64,000 nucleotides of DNA from Vezdaea acicularis (Eukaryota). The notes beneath the pieces were generated by a model that was given only the letters and a program-made list of their open reading frames with translations, made no database searches and was not told the origin of the DNA. Positions 34,611 through 49,588 of the stretch are shown here, one piece after another; the stretch's first letter is position 1; each line of letters begins with the position of its first letter. The translations under genes were made by a program, and so were the position numbers. Location of the stretch: contig JAPEUI010000001.1 of NCBI GenBank assembly GCA_026025075.1, positions 186,001 through 250,000 on the forward strand. The letters run 5' to 3'.

Positions 34611-37600
34611 ATGCCTGGCCAATTCCCTTCCAGCTTCGCATCTGCCGCAGCCGGCAACCTTAATCAGGATCCTTCAAGCAACCGAACCACGAGAGTTGAC
34701 GGGGCAGGAAGCGGAGAATGGTAAGCATTCTTTAGCTTCATTCTAAGTAGATACACTTCAGAGCGTCTAGCGGCTCGAGGGAAGCCAAGTTCGTCGTTAC
34801 TTCCTGGCATGGACCGCCTCTGTTACATCGGCTTCTTGTAGGGAGGGAGAGAAATCTCGGTTGTGGTAGTTTTGGAAGCCTTCCTAGCCTGTCCTGTTCT
34901 TCAAGATGTATATTTGCTGTGCTACTCTCTTTTGTATATGGTATTGACTGTCTGCACCGGCTTTAGGTCTCGTTCCCGTCCCAATGGCACTGCAACATTT
35001 TCACTTAGACGACCGTCAAGTACTACAACATCATTACAGCAACAACCCAGTACAATTCAATCTTCCAACCCTCCAACAAACTCAGGTGTCTACGTCCCTC
35101 CACATCATTACCAGAACAGCACAAATCGTAACAGCCAGAACTCCGAAAGCAGGTATAGCAAAGATATCATGCTAAGCATCTTCAAAAGCCAGAAAGAGGC
35201 CGGTGATCTAGGAAAGAATCTGTCTACTTTGTTTATAGATGGTTGGGATCCCGAGAAAGCTCATGGATCAACAAATCAGTCGTGGAGCAAGCGGGACGAG
35301 CCTGGAAGAGAAGGAAACAGCCTAGGACCTGAAGTATGTTGGGAGTTTCGTGGGGGCGTCTTGCCCCTGGGTCTTTCACAGTTATCCGAGGAGGAGAGAG
35401 AGGCAAGCGATGATTCATCTCTAAACACTGTGTAATTGCTGACCATTTCTAGCTTTTCTCATCGTCTGTTAATTCACCTCTGAAGCAATCTCAACAAGGT
35501 GGTAAGGATCAGGCCAGTCAGAACAGTGGTAGTCTCAATCGCAAAACATCGCTTTCACAAGTCCAAAATCTTCCTTCTAGTTATGGGCTTGTGTCGCCAA
35601 CGATGAATCGACCAGGAAACCGTCGGCGCGATACAAGCGATGCGCTGCCAGACTCTGGTAACCCGCTATCACCTAGTGGAGGTGGACGATTCTTTCGTGA
35701 CGAATCAAACCCTCACAGCCCGCCGCCAGCCTTGCTAAGAAGACGAACAGACGTAAAGGACAGCTTTGGGGTGGAAATGGAGGATCGCGAAGGGGATACA
35801 ATTGCTCGCCTTAACAATCAGGACTCAAAGAATAACTTCTCCAATATGGCCAGACGTAGTGCAACAAACCCTCTTAGCGCAGGCCCAAATGGCCCTTCGT
35901 CCCCGTGGAGTACTACACCACAGAGTGCGACGTTCTCTCCAATGGGACAAATCGGTGCTTTTGGGAGTTTGTTAAGCGGAAGCCAGGCGCCTCTAAGCAC
36001 TACTGGAGATAAAAGACCTGCTTTTGGGAGCTTGCGCGGCGAAAGTCGCTTTTCGAAGATGATGGCATCAAAGGAAAGCTCGGAAGACATGTCCAGTCTA
36101 TCGAAGCAATCTTCTTTGAGCAACATGGGATTATCGAATGAAGGGCCGAAGGATCGATCGTCTCAAAGCTGGAGGGCTTCAAACAGGTCGAATAGGGGAA
36201 TGAGTAGTGTCACTGACCCCTTCGGTGGTGATGACGAGATTCCTAGTGGTAGCGCAGCTTTAGGCGGCCAAAATGTAAGCCCGCCACTCCCACAAGGCAC
36301 TGGCGTTGGCACGTCCTCTCGAAAATACTCCCGCGATGATTTTGGACCCTCAGAAGTTGGTATGTCATCATCAGACATGCCAGCGTTTCGAGAGATGATA
36401 GCACAACGACATGATCCTATCCAATCCCAATCACAACATGTGACTGGTGGGCAAGAGCCGCTCAGCCCGACTGAGACGAACCCGTATCAGAGCCCTGCAG
36501 CAGAGAAGGCTGATTCTGAAGATATCGACACGGATGATTCAGAAACTCATAATATGCAACATCCTGGCTTACGTGGGCTGTCAGGAGACCCGGCCCTGGG
36601 TGGATCGTTTGGACCCTATTCCAGGGGTGTAATAAATACACACGAGCTTTCTGCTGGTGATAGAAGCCAAACTTCAAGTGCTGGGCCGGGTCGAGGGTTT
36701 CCAGGACTCGGTGGCCTTGGTGGGCTCAGTGGCCTCAGCGGCATGCCTGGTTGGCCAACAACCACTAACTCGATGGGCACGCCTGATCGGGAGCGGCCTA
36801 ACTTTCCTACGCCGTTTGGCAATTCCGTGTTTGGTACTATGGGCGATTTACAGTCTCCTAGCCTGGCTGGTAGCATATTCGGGTCGAATCCTGGCATCAA
36901 TAGCACCGCTCCAGGCACTGTAAGTCGAGGCAGTAAGCTCGGGTCTTTGTTCCCTTCAGCTATGCAAGCTCAAATGCAAGGGCACGAACCGGGAAATATC
37001 GAAGGCCACTCAGCCACTGAAGGACAGCGTAATAGTGCAGGAGCCTTTGGAACATCCGCGCCGGGCCTTAGCTATCAAGGTAGAGATACAGAGAGTCCGA
37101 TGCGAATGGGGAGGGGCGTGTTCGATGACCTCAATTTCTCGAGCTTGGATATAAATCGTAATTCTCATGGGTCTGATAATTCTTTCACCCGTAACGAAAC
37201 AAGCGCACCATACTCTCAGCAAAGGGTGTCTGGGGCCTCGCAGACACCCTCTTCAGGCACCTCTGTACAGCAAGACATTCCCATCCCCCAGTCAGCTAAT
37301 TCTCAATCTTCTCATCAGCAGCAAGCAAGTCAAACTTCGGGAAGTGGTGGTGCACAATCCAACCAGCCACCTACTAGCCAACAGCGCACCATGGTAATGC
37401 CAGATCGGATCCGTTGGATATACAAGGATACTCTGGGTAACACGCAAGGACCTTGGTCTGGATTAGAGATGCATGATTGGTATAAGGCAGGTTTCTTTAC
37501 GCCTGATCTTATGGTGAAGAAATATGAAGACAACGAGTACGAGCCGCTTGGCCAGCTCATTCGGCGAATCGGTAACTCTCGTGAGCCGTTTCTTGTTCCT

Positions 37601-39866
37601 CAGATTGGAATACCGCATGGTCCAGCCAGTACTCAACCTGCGAGTCAGTGGGCATCAGCAAGTACTAGCACCACGCCCGCCCAGCCGACTGGTCAAAGTG
37701 GATCCGTCCAACCGCCCTTCGCAGGAGCCTTCCCAAGCTTCGGTACAACCTTAACAGCCGAACAGCAAAATGCGCTCGAGCGTCGAAAGCAAGAAGAGCA
37801 ATACCTAATGGCGCGTCAAAAGGAGTACCTTGCCCAACAACAAGTGATGCAGAAACACCAAATGCTATCAGGTGGGCCGCACAGCATATCTGCTCAGCAG
37901 CTTCACCATCACTCTAGTGCGCACAGTCTTCATTCTCAACCTAGCTTTGGTAGCATCACTTCCCCTGGTGGTTTCCAGCCAACGCCTCCCCAGGGTCCCA
38001 TTCAGGGTCAACAAGCTGTGCCTCCATTTCTTGAAGCCCAGATGAGACAGTCAAGTGGTATGGGAGTGAATAACTTGGCCTCCGGAGGCGGTGACTTTTA
38101 TGTAGGCAATACGATTCCCGAAGAGGATATTCCTGCGGCGATTGGTCGACTTAATCCGGGAAGAGATCCCCAACAAAGCACCAAAATCCTTCCTTTTGGC
38201 CAGTCACAGCAGGAAATGCCGCATCATTCTCAGGCTGTCGCTGCTATGCTTGCCCAGCGAAATCAGCTCCAATGGGAGCAGCATCAGCACGATGCAAGTC
38301 ATGCCTCTCCACTAGGCGAGCAAGAATCTTTCAGCGAGCGTTTGCAACAATTTCGGGGCTTAAGAGCGGGCATGGATGAGGAACATGCATATATGTCGAC
38401 TGATGGTCTGGTGGGAAAGCCGGGAGCTGCTCAAGGTACCCAACCTTACACTCAGAATGAGCAAATTCAGTTCCAACGTCGTTCCCAGGGCGAAGGTGAA
38501 AATCAGGGAGCTGTCCATTCGACAACTTCAGATGCTGATAAACAACCCGAACCGCTATCACTTGCTCAGCAAGTGCAAAAGGCTGCATCAGCAAAGGACG
38601 CTCCAATCCCGGTGTCTCCCTGGGGAAAAATCGATAATATTGCACTACCTCAACCTTTTCCTCCGCCTCCACAGTCGGCGTCACCTCTCCCCGCACCGAC
38701 TGCGCAACGAAGCAGGCAAAATCTTTCAGATACTTTGCATGCCGAAACTAGGTCTCGCTCTCAGACACCTTCTGTTGAAACGCCAAGCGCTTCAATTGCT
38801 CCATGGGCTAAAGAGTCTGCCGAAGGTTCTAAGGGACCGTCCTTGAAAGAAATCCAGGAAGCGGAAGCTCGCAAAGCGGCAAAAGCCGAGGAAGCCGCAG
38901 CAGCAGCTCGCCGTGCTGTATTAGACCAAGAACGTCTCATCCTTGCTCAGCCTCCCGCACCAGGCCTCCCTTCCACTTCAACTTGGGGGAACGCAATGTC
39001 TCCGCTGAATTCTGCGAATAGCGGCCCATCAGCGTGGAACAAGCCTTTAGCTGGGAAGGCGAGTGTGACCCAGAGCGGCCCTCCAACAAAGAAGACGCTC
39101 TCGCAAATTCAGAAAGAAGAAGAGCTTCGTAAGCAAAAAGTTGCTCAAGCAAACCTCGCTGCCACTCAAGGGCAGTCTACTGTTACAGGCGGCAAGCGTT
39201 ATGCAGATCTGGCTAGTAAGACGGCCGTACCCATGAACTCCGGCGGTGCATGGACAACTGTGGGAACCGGCGGTGCAAAGCCAAAAGCTGCCTTATCATC
39301 CGCAGCCCCTATCACAACACCTAGCTACCGGACTGTGAGCACTAGTACAGCACCAGTTTTGAACACGGCAGCAAAGCCGAGGCCTGCGGCAGTATCAACT
39401 AGAAACGCAACTATGGGTGGTCCAACTCTAGGTCAATCTAATGCCAAAGAAGAGCTTGCGAAGTGGGCCAAAAATACCCTCACCGGACGCATGAATCAGA
39501 GCATCAATGGTGAATCCCATCATCTGAAATGAATATGGCAAGGTGCTGACGATAAGTGCAGTTGAGAGCTTCGTTCAACAGCTCCTAATTTTCCCATCGG
39601 AACTAGATATCATCAAAGAAGCTGTGCATGGCAACTCAGAGACAGTCAATGCTCAGCATTTCGCTGAAGAGTTCATTCGTCGTCGTAAGCTAGCCGACAA
39701 AGGCCTTGTCGACAACACCAGCACCCCTTCCCCTGGTGGGGAGGAAAAGAGTGACGGCGGATGGAGCGCCGTGGCGAAGAAGGGTTCCACGAACGCGGCT
39801 GCGAACCAGTCTGAGATGAACGCTGCGTTCCGCGTCGTAACGACTAAGAAGAGAGGTAAGAAATGA
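34611..39866 (+). CDS. GYF-domain protein (Smy2/Syh1/GIGYF-like), 4 exons
   Basis: GYF domain WIYKDTLGNTQGPWSGLEMHDWYKAGFFTPDLMVK, PSLKEIQEAE and KKTLSQIQKEEE motifs, HFAEEFIRRRK and terminal KKRGKK. Introns 34721-34966, 35403-35452 (GC-AG) and approx. 39510-39561. Confidence 0.9.
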
Positions 39867-40988
39867 AGGCATGAATTGTGTACAATAAACTAGCGTGATT
39901 TGCATAATGACGAGGTCGGCTTTTCTCAGCATGTTAGATTGCTACTCTTTCACCAATCACATTGTTGGCGGTTCTTGAAGCGTTCAGTATTGCATTTCGC
40001 GTGTTGGGTATGGAAAAAGTCAGGATTGATCCGATAGAACTTCATGATGAGGTGTTGTTATGTTAGATAGGTTGGAGGGATCTCATAAGCGTTGCATTCT
40101 CATTCTCTTCTCCTGCTACGTTCTCTGCTTCTCGCTACTATTACAGTCCTTCTCTTTGTGAACGTAGGTCGCGGTCTTTGTCAGCCGTCCTTGGACATGC
40201 GTTAGGGGTTCAATCATTGATTACTTGTTTGGTCGTGTAGTATTGTGATTTTCTCAATGTATACGCAACGCTCAAGGAGATGAGGTATCAAACACCCAAT
40301 TTCGCTCCCATTTGGTCGATTGAATGCTGGACAAGCCAGATCCTGTCCGCAACTGGCACCAAGGAGGTTGGTATATAGCACCCAATCACCACAAAATTAC
40401 CTACAGAAGAAAGGAAACCTTACCAAAACCCCCAGAAGCATACAATGAATGCATGAAAAATTGAGTCCAAAAGGCGAGAGAAATGGTCAGCGAATTGTAG
40501 ACATCATGCTTACAATCCTTTTGAGCGTATGGACTGTGGGCATCATAATCCTAGTGCGTGGTACAATAGTTTCGTAGCTTCAAGTTCAGGGAGTCTTGGG
40601 AGAACACCTTGTTGTGGCATTTGCCCTGCTTAAATGGGTAGAGTTCTGTTCTTCATGCGGACTCTGATAGGTCAGATATTACGGGAGTCATCTTTTTAAT
40701 TCCAAAACAAGCGCTCAATCCAGTAAATATCATTCCAACACAAGTCACAGAGCTCAGGGCGCCAAATTCGTGGGTGAGAGTAAAAGATCTGCGAACTTCA
40801 GCAGTATTGTCACATATCTCCATTTCTTCGCCCTTCTATAGCTACACATGCAATCCATCCCTTTTTGCTAAAAGTTCATGCCCGGAGCCGCAAAATCGTA
40901 CAATATACACAGTAACAGTTGCCAGTGAAACGCTTGAAACGCTGCAGAATGCCCACTAACATAATGAATTGCAGGTGTACTTCTCCCA

Positions 40989-43900
40989 CTAGAATCCCCT
41001 ACTGCCCCTCCTCCTTCCATTGATTGGAGACGCCAACGAAGTGGTTGGCGAAGAGACGGTAGCGGGTGTAAGAGGCATACTCATGTGTACCTCTCCAACC
41101 CGCCGCAATAGCCCTTGCAGTGCCATTCTGATCTCGGGAGCCACGTCTCGGCCCAGAAGGCCAACGGCGAGCGGGTAAAAAGTATTGACGTGCTTCTCGA
41201 AGCCTTCGACAGGGAAGTTGGTGTAGCCCTCAATGACGTCGACGACAACAGGGCGCCAGGCGCTGATGTTGCGCTGTTGCGTGTCTTCGTCGAGAAGGTT
41301 GTAGCTGCGGATGATATCTGCACAGAGCCTAGAGGGTAGTATTAGCAATTTTATAGCTTGTTATTAACCCAAGGACAACTTACGGTATCAGAGCGGCTTC
41401 GATGTCAGCGCGATTACTCCGCTTCTCTTCGCTCTCATCATGATACATCCGCAAAAGAATATTGACGTAAGTTGCAGCACTGCCGCTCTCCTGCTTCAGC
41501 AGATTTGGTGGCTGCTTCATAAATCCCTCTCGCCATAAACGCATCCGGAGATCTTTATTCCCGTTGAACTTTTTGGCAAACTGGTAACTATGCTTCAGGA
41601 GGCCCATCAATCGCAAAAGCTCCCCGCTCGGAATTTGTTGATATACCCGCTCGTTTGAGAAGAGCTCGTTCACTGTCTCGATCATCAAGAGCTGCAAGAC
41701 GCATTTCGTAATTATCTCGTTGAAAAATTTTCGTCTCACAGCAGTAACTACTACTGGTTGCGTCTGTGGCTCTGACTGAGGCCGGTAGTCTTCAAGTTCA
41801 CCCATACCAGCTGAATCTGGCATTGGTGGAGGGGTTTCAGGGGCGTCGGATACTACAATTGAGGATCTCGGGGGAGGTAGTCCGTTGATTCTCAAAGAGT
41901 TCTCTTCAGTAAGACCATCAGATGACTCCTGTGTCGGCGTTGACGTGATTGCAAGATCGGTCGTCATCGAGTTTGGACCTGGCGATTTCAGAGGCTGCCC
42001 ATTCGATAATTCAGCCGAAGAAGACGATGAAGACGATGAAGTCGCCGAGAATAGCTTCCTTGCAGTTGTCTTATCGAACAACTTTACAAATGCCGATACA
42101 ATCTTAGCCCAGTGATCTGCATCGAACTTCTCGACGTTTTGAAGGACTAATTGTTGAAGGCAATTGCTTCCGATCCGTGCGATTGTATCGTTCTCTTGAC
42201 ATATGCATAGAGTTAAGAGCTCCAAGAATTGATCCAGCATGTACTCTAAAGAGTCGAAGTAGTGAGTGAACAAGGTTATCATATTCCTCAAGGCTTGGAT
42301 CATGGTAGTCGATAACCACACCGATAGCTCTTCCAGATTGGGAGCTCGTGACATCTCGGACCTTGATTTAAGTACAACGAAGATAGGATAAAGGATCTGT
42401 CGCCAAAGCATATCCCAAAAGTCTCGTGGAAAGTCTCCTCCGTACTTTCTCAGTATATCAAACAAGTAGCCTAGTGCACTAGAAAGTTGTTAGCTAGATT
42501 TAATCTGATACCTTAGACCGTGCACTTACCGAGATCTCGCTTCTAGATCGTCGCCAGTCATAAGTATATTATGGAAAGCAAATAACACAGGAAACCAATA
42601 TTGTTCTTCTTGCGTCGTCCGAAAGACCTGACGTTGTGCCTTAGTCTTGTTCTGCTTTGAGCCGTCGACGCTGGAGTTTGTTACGTTCGACAAGGGGCAC
42701 TCTGGCGTCTTTAGCATCTTGGGAATGGTAGACTTGAGGGTCTCAATAGCTTGAAGTGCTATTCGTTGAAACTTCATGTTCTTCGCAAATTCCGTTAAGC
42801 AGACTATCAAGTCAGCGAAAGCACCCTGGGATATAACAACGCCAAATCTAGTATCGTATATTTGAGTGACATTTTCGTAGGCGAGTTTAACGATGCCCTC
42901 TGCTGTGCATTAGAAATGCTTATATCAAGCCAGAGTTCAACCTTGGGCTTACCGTAAGGTTCTTTTGCGGCAACTGTAAAGACAGCAAACATCGTTCGCC
43001 ATCCAGAGCGGATATTATGGCCGCAAAGTTTGATCATTTGTATAAGGCATTGCAGCACCATGTCTTTGACGGCCACAACGCTGCTATTGGCCATCACGTG
43101 TTCAAAAGGCTTTAGAAAGTCTTTCTGAAATTTGAACCCGGGAAGCTCCTCGATCTCCATGAACCGCATTGACAGCTGTCGAAGGGAGTCTAGTGCGATA
43201 TACACAACGTTCGTATTAGTATGGCAGCCAACATGGTTAAAATGCTCGCCTAGCACTTGCCAAATGTTGGTCCATTCAAATCGAACTCGTCCCATGTTGT
43301 AGTAGCTGATTTCTACAAGCTTTTGGAGACTATAGGTCCTCGGAGACTCGCTCTGACCAGAAGACTGGATCTCCTGCCAGCTAACCTCACTTAAGGCTCG
43401 AACGAAGTGTACAATTGCATCCCCTGACAGATTACCACTAGTACTGAAAATCTTGTCAACGCTTTTTATGATCTCAGCAGATCGACTCTCCTGTGCAACA
43501 CCAGGTAGATAGTTCTCCCTGGCATTGGCAGACTTTGGCCGTGGTCTGCGAATACTCTGCATAGATGATGCTCGGCCGCCCGAAGACTCACTAGCCACTG
43601 AGTGCACGATCTTGGCTCTGGAAACATCAGGAACGACACCTTCGTCTATTCCTGTAGAGATCAACTGGAATCGATCCAGCTGGCTTATACAGGTCAGAAC
43701 ATCTAGCCAAGAGCTCTTCAGAAGGTCGCCCTCTGTCAAGGCGACTTCAAGCAAAATCTTTAGAGCTTCGACGTTCTTAGCTACCATCTCACTCAAATTG
43801 TTGAGATTCGTGAATTTGGCCAGAGCAGAAACAAATGCCACTCTTGGCGTTTCAAGATCAAAAAGACATGCAATTCGAATGGCGAGTTGAAGGCCCTCCA

Positions 43901-46900
43901 TGCAAAGCTTGATCGTCTCAAGGTTCTGCGTGTCCTGGACTTGTCCTGACAAACCTGAGAGAAAAGACATCCAAGTGACATCAAACATCGGGCCAACGTG
44001 TTTGAAAGACGTTGCTGGTATAAATCGAGCCAGGCTCGTCTTCTCCATGGTTTTGCGTTGTGAGCGGACAAGGCTTCGGAACAACTGCTCCGTCTTCTGA
44101 GCCATCTCTTCGGATGCCTGCACATATGCCTCTCGCCGCAGATCTCGTCCAACATTGGCTAAGAAGCCCATGTTAGCTAAACCTCCTGCTGTATTTTCTG
44201 TAATGCCAAGTGAAGCGGCTGCATCCCTTTCTGTAAGGAGAACAATTTCATTATGAGCAATTTCTTCAAAAATGCCGCTTAAATAGTCATCTGGAAGATC
44301 GGCGTTGTCGTTGATTCCACGGTTATTCTTGATGAAATCTTCCTTCGTCATTCGATTGCCTTTCAGTTTGGCGCTATGCTGATCCGTATTCAACATGATT
44401 ACTGAATAAGCCAAAACATAAGCAGTATCCGCATTAGCAAATGCATTCGGATTGCCAGTAATGTATCGTTCAGCAAATTTCAGCATGAAACGGTCAATTT
44501 TCTGCGCCTCTCCTGGCAATCGGAAGCTCTGAAGAAACCTCCGGAGTGCGTCAACAAAACGTGTTCTCGAAAAATCCATGAGATCCACAAAGGCATGCAT
44601 TATTTCAATATTCTCAGGTTCGCCTTCTCCAAGATACTCTCCGATCATTGCTTTGTCGAGACGATCGTTTTCCAAAAGGAATGCAGCAATATCATCCGGC
44701 GTATCGCCAGGAATAAAACCTTCTTTGATAAGAACCTTGATTCCTCGCTTGGGCTTGAAGTTGAACTGTTTGATACCGTTCATCAAGGCGGTCTTACGCT
44801 GTTTCTCTTTTTCCAGTTGATTCGGGTCGTCATCCGCTTGCATCATAGGACTTGGTATACCCGAATGAGTCTCAACATTTGATAATTTAGGTGACGAGAC
44901 ATTAGTGGCTATACTTGGAACTTCAAGTGACTCTCGGAACTCCTCCACTGAGTTCCGAGACGCAGAATCTTGCAGGCGGGCACTCGCATCCGCAATGCCA
45001 TCTTGAGACCAATTGACAAGCGACCTCAGTGTCTCTACTAGGCATTCCAGGGCCTGTCGTTTCAATGAATACTCAACTGGAAAAGCCGACTCTGAGTCTG
45101 CAGCACCCCCAATGCTTGCAGTAGATAGGGATGGTGGGAGTGTGCTCCGATTTCGCCAGCCAGCTGTAGAACTGCTCGATCTAAGCTGTTGGTCTTCGTA
45201 TTGTTGCTGTTGAACAGCAGTGATTGGGACAGAGGTGCTAGAGATACGTGACAGTTGCTCTATGATCCTTTGGAACATGTTATCCAGCGCTGTCCTATCG
45301 CAGTCATAGTTCAAGTAGATTTCAACTAGCGCCCTTGGGTCTGCACTTAGCCTTTCCAGAACGCCCATGAGATACTGCTTCTGTGATATTGGCGCGTTCC
45401 GCTTATCTAGGATTGCGAGGTATATCTCTTTCAGAAATACTTCTATCTCTTTCTATGATGGCAGCTTTATCAGCCTCTTGAAGGTGAATTGAACGGAGTA
45501 GGGGCATACCTTCAGCATCACACGCAGGTTCTTCATCATTAGCCAGAATATCTCACATCCTACCTCAAACACTCGATTTACAGAGCTAGCTCCGTTCCGA
45601 CTCAAACTTAGACAGAGATACTGCTTGACGGCTTGGACAAAGCTAGTCGGTTCGCTGCTACTGTTGCTCCGAATAGTTGAGGCCGGTGATGTGAAGACAA
45701 GCATATTATTATGCAGTATTGCGTGAATAAGATGTAAAGAGAGAAGCTTCGAACGCATGCCATGGGACTTTAGATCAACCAATTGGTCTGGGGAAAGTGT
45801 TTTGATGCTTAGTTTGCACATGGCTCGGAAAACAAGGAAAGCGTCTTTGATGTAAATCTCATCCTCTTCATCTTCCACAGCATGATCTCTCTCAGCACTT
45901 GACTCATGTGACCGAGATGGTATTTGATTCGGCTTGAGCCGCGTGACCATTGTCGGTGCATTATCATTGATGGCATTGTCGTCAAAGGTCTTCTGGTTTT
46001 CAAAGCTTTGAAGTGTGATCTTCTCCCTGGGCTCTTTCCTTCCAGAGTGGTCAGAGGTAGCGGTCGAAGCCGCTTCAGAAAAGTCATCCTGGGCTTCCTC
46101 CACGCTTGTTTCATCCGTAGACACGGCAATGCTAATAGTATCTAGGGCGCTCTCGCTCCCACTACCACCAACCTTGCCGGGCCGAAGTTTGGTCAGGTTC
46201 ATTCGAGCTTCTTTCATAGAAATACGTGATTTGACCCGTTCAAAAACCGTGCCAACCATTTGCGTGAGGGTTCCCTGAGCTACCTGTTGATTCGCGCTCG
46301 ATTTAGACAGTAAGAATATGTTGTACGTTTGGCGAACCGCTTTGAGTAGGCCCGCTCCATGCACTACTATCTTGTCATTTAAAACAGCAGCAAGTAAGGA
46401 TTTCACTATCTGCAGCTGAATCTCAACAGCGGTTGCTTCGCCCTGGAAACAGTCACATATCGTATCTATGGCACGCTCTATCAATGGCGTCTGTGGTTCG
46501 CCTGTTCCAGGCTGAGGAGCAGGCAGAGCTGTGGGTACTGCAAAATAGGAATAGCTAATTAGTTTGCCAATACAATCGAGGGCTATGGTGGCAAGGGGAA
46601 TGCTGTTAACAAGTGTTGCGAGCTGTAAAGGTTCGAAAATCACCTCGGGGTCTGGAAATTCGGGGTCAAGCTGCTTGATCGCCCCCAAAGCTCTCTGGAC
46701 CGTTTCAGAAAGCTGCTTCCGTTTCCGCGCCTCTTTCGAACTTGCAATACTCTCTAAAGCAGTAATCACAAAAACCATCGAGCTTAGTGTAGTATTTCGC
46801 TGGGTTCCATTAGTCGTAACGGTAGAGTGAGAGTCCGATCGTCCTCTTATAAACGTTGAGCGTACTGCAGTAGGTGCAGCAGATGTTCCAGAGACACTCC

Positions 46901-47237
46901 GCAAGGTACTTGGCTGCCGCGCAGATGATTCCGATTGTTCCTCAGACTCCATAGACATTGGTTGTATCTCTTGTGCTGTATCTGAGGAAATACTGACTCC
47001 GTTTAGCTGCGAGTTACTACTTGAGTCCGGAGTGTGTGCTTCTGCTGGCTGCATTTCCAGGCTTCCAGGAGCCGGGCCTGCATCCTTAGTCTTGATCTCA
47101 GTCCAACCTTGAGTATTCCCAACATGCTCCTTCTCACCTTCCAGAGGTACCCTCGAGACGTCAAAGTCTGGCTGATCTTGTCGAGCATGTCCTGCTCGCC
47201 CGGCTTGTTCGCTCATTGTTTTATCAGTTTCGGCCAT
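40989..47237 (-). CDS. SEC7: Sec7/BIG-family Arf guanine nucleotide exchange factor, 5 exons
   Basis: DCB (ALDCIGKLISY), HUS (EIYLNYDCD), Sec7 domain FRLPGEAQKIDR and VLAYSVIMLNTD, and HDS regions (YSLQKLVEISYYNM, NIRSGW). Confidence 0.97.
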
Positions 47238-47861
47238 GGCTACGCCGCTCCCACCAATGCCGAACGGCTTCCACTAGAATTGAAGGGTCCTTGGACAAGG
47301 GGATGATAGAGAGCATGGGGAATTCTATACGAGACGATGAAAGTGAAAGTTTCTGATATGAAGGATGTAAATGTGGAGGGTGGCTATCTCGCTTTCAAAG
47401 CCACATAGGTTATAAGGTGTCTCTTCGAACTTCACATCTCGGATTATCTTTCTTTCGAGTTTTCGCCTCGTTCAGGGTCAGCCACAATAGACTAGCCTCT
47501 CTAGGTAGCATGTGGGCCAAGAGAACGATGTACAAACTTATTAGCATATAAATCAGGATAAAAATCTCTTGCGGATGAATCTGTATTCACTGGAAAATAA
47601 CTTTCACTTTTTGTGCATGAACGCGTCCCCTTTAGCGTAGGTGCGCGAAGCTCTCCTGCAGGCTTCTCTAGTTAGCTGGTTGGGCAACCAACCGAAAAAT
47701 ACCGGCCCAACATTGCTGTTGCGCATCTTTCGGTAGTTCTCGCGACGGAGCTTACAATCAATTCAACACCATTCACCTTTATTCACCTCTTGTGGCTCCG
47801 GTCCCACCGGCTCTCTTTTTAACTTGAGCGCACTGCATTGACATCCTGACATCCTGCCACA

Positions 47862-49588
47862 ATGTCAACCGCGTCAATGCTTGCTCGCTCGTTGGGCAGA
47901 AAATGCCTTCGATCATCAGTCAGGTCTACTGCAATCGGGGGTTACGGCAATGTCATGAATATAGCTCAATCTGTCACCCTGTAAGAGTCCCATTTAGCAA
48001 GATCTCTCAAGTGGACTTGGCCCCCCAGCCATTCTCACTCAGGGTTGTTAACATTGGCTGACTATGCATATGCTGCAGAAAAAATGTACCTGCTCTAGCT
48101 GCATTAGCAAGATACTACGCTTCCAAGTGTATGTAGAGCTCCATGTCTAGACACCGGGTCCAACATCTATGGTATATCTCATGGGCGCTTGCTCACTTAT
48201 ATGTTGTTAGCGTTTCCTCCCCACACTGTGGTCACGATGCCCGCCCTGTCGCCAACAATGACGGCTGGAAATATCGGAACATGGCAAAAGAAACCTGGGG
48301 ACAATATAGCACCTGGTGATGTGCTAGTGGAGATTGAAACAGATAAAGCACAAATGGACTTTGAATTCCAGGAGGAAGGCACATTAGCAAAAATTCTTAA
48401 AGATGCAGGGGAGAAGGATGTGGCTGTAGGAAATGTAGGTGTCCATCGCCTTCAACCGAGTTTCCGAAAGCTAAAACTTGCTAGCCAATCGCCGTTATGG
48501 TTGAGGAGGGTGAGGATGTCTCGCCTTTCGAGTCATTCACATTGGAGGATGCTGGAGGGGAGAAAGCCCCAGCACCTGCGCCAAAGGAAGAGGCCTCCCA
48601 ATCATCTGAGCCATCAGAAAGTGGCTCAACAACTGCCCCTCCACCGAAAGAAGAATCAAAGCCTGTGGCAGAGGAATCTACTTCTACTGGTGAAAGGTTA
48701 CAGACCAGTCTTGACCGAGAACCTGCAGCAAGCCCCGTTGCGAAGGCGCTTGCTCTTGAAAGAGGCGTTCCGATCAAAGAAGTGAAAGGAACCGGGCCCA
48801 AAGGAAGGATCACAAAATCTGATGTTGAGAAATATAAGCCCAGTGGTGGAGCAGCTCCTGCTGGTGCTACTGCTGCTGGTCCCGCATACGAAGACTTACC
48901 GATTAGCTCAATGCGCAAAACTATCGCCAGCCGTCTCACCCAATCCATGAATGAGAACCCGCATTACTTTGTTTCAGCAACGCTATCAGTAACAAAGCTT
49001 ATGAAGCTACGGCAGGCGCTAAACTCCTCTGCGGAAGGAAAGTATAAATTATCAGTGAACGATTTCCTCATCAAGGCGTGCGCCGTGGCCTGTAAAAAGG
49101 TGCCTGCGGTCAATTCCAGCTGGCGTGAAAAAGAAGGTGTCATTAGGCAACACAAGACTGTAGACGTTAGCGTTGCAGTGGCGACCCCGAACGGACTTAT
49201 GACTCCTATCGTAAAGGGTGTTGAAGGTCTAGGACTCGAGAGCATCTCAGCGCAAGTCAAGGATCTTGGCAAGCGAGCAAGAGAGAGTAAGCTCAAGCCA
49301 GAGGAGTTCCAAGGCGGTACTTTCACCATCAGCAATATGGGCATGAACCCTGCGATCGACAGATTCACCGCGGTCATCAACCCACCTCAGGCGGGAATCC
49401 TCGCCGTCGGAACGACTAAGAAAGTTGCGATACCAATAGAAACAGGAGATGAAACTGGAGTTGAGTGGGATGACCAAATCGTTGTGACTGGGAGCTTCGA
49501 TCACAAAGTAGTGGATGGTGCTGTTGGAGGAGAATGGATAAGAGAGCTAAAGAAGGTGGTGGAAAATCCCTTGGAGTTACTGCTTTGA
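47862..49588 (+). CDS. LAT1: Pyruvate dehydrogenase E2, dihydrolipoamide acetyltransferase, 4 exons
   Basis: Mitochondrial presequence-like exon 1, MPALSPTM, lipoyl site EIETDKA, E3/E1-binding [13 protein letters not shown] and catalytic FDHKVVDG. Confidence 0.97.

Noticed and set aside
40040..40250. ATGATGA (snoRNA C-box-like) and GTGTAGTA (U2-like) motifs
   Set aside because: No properly placed D box or terminal stem, and no further U2 similarity.
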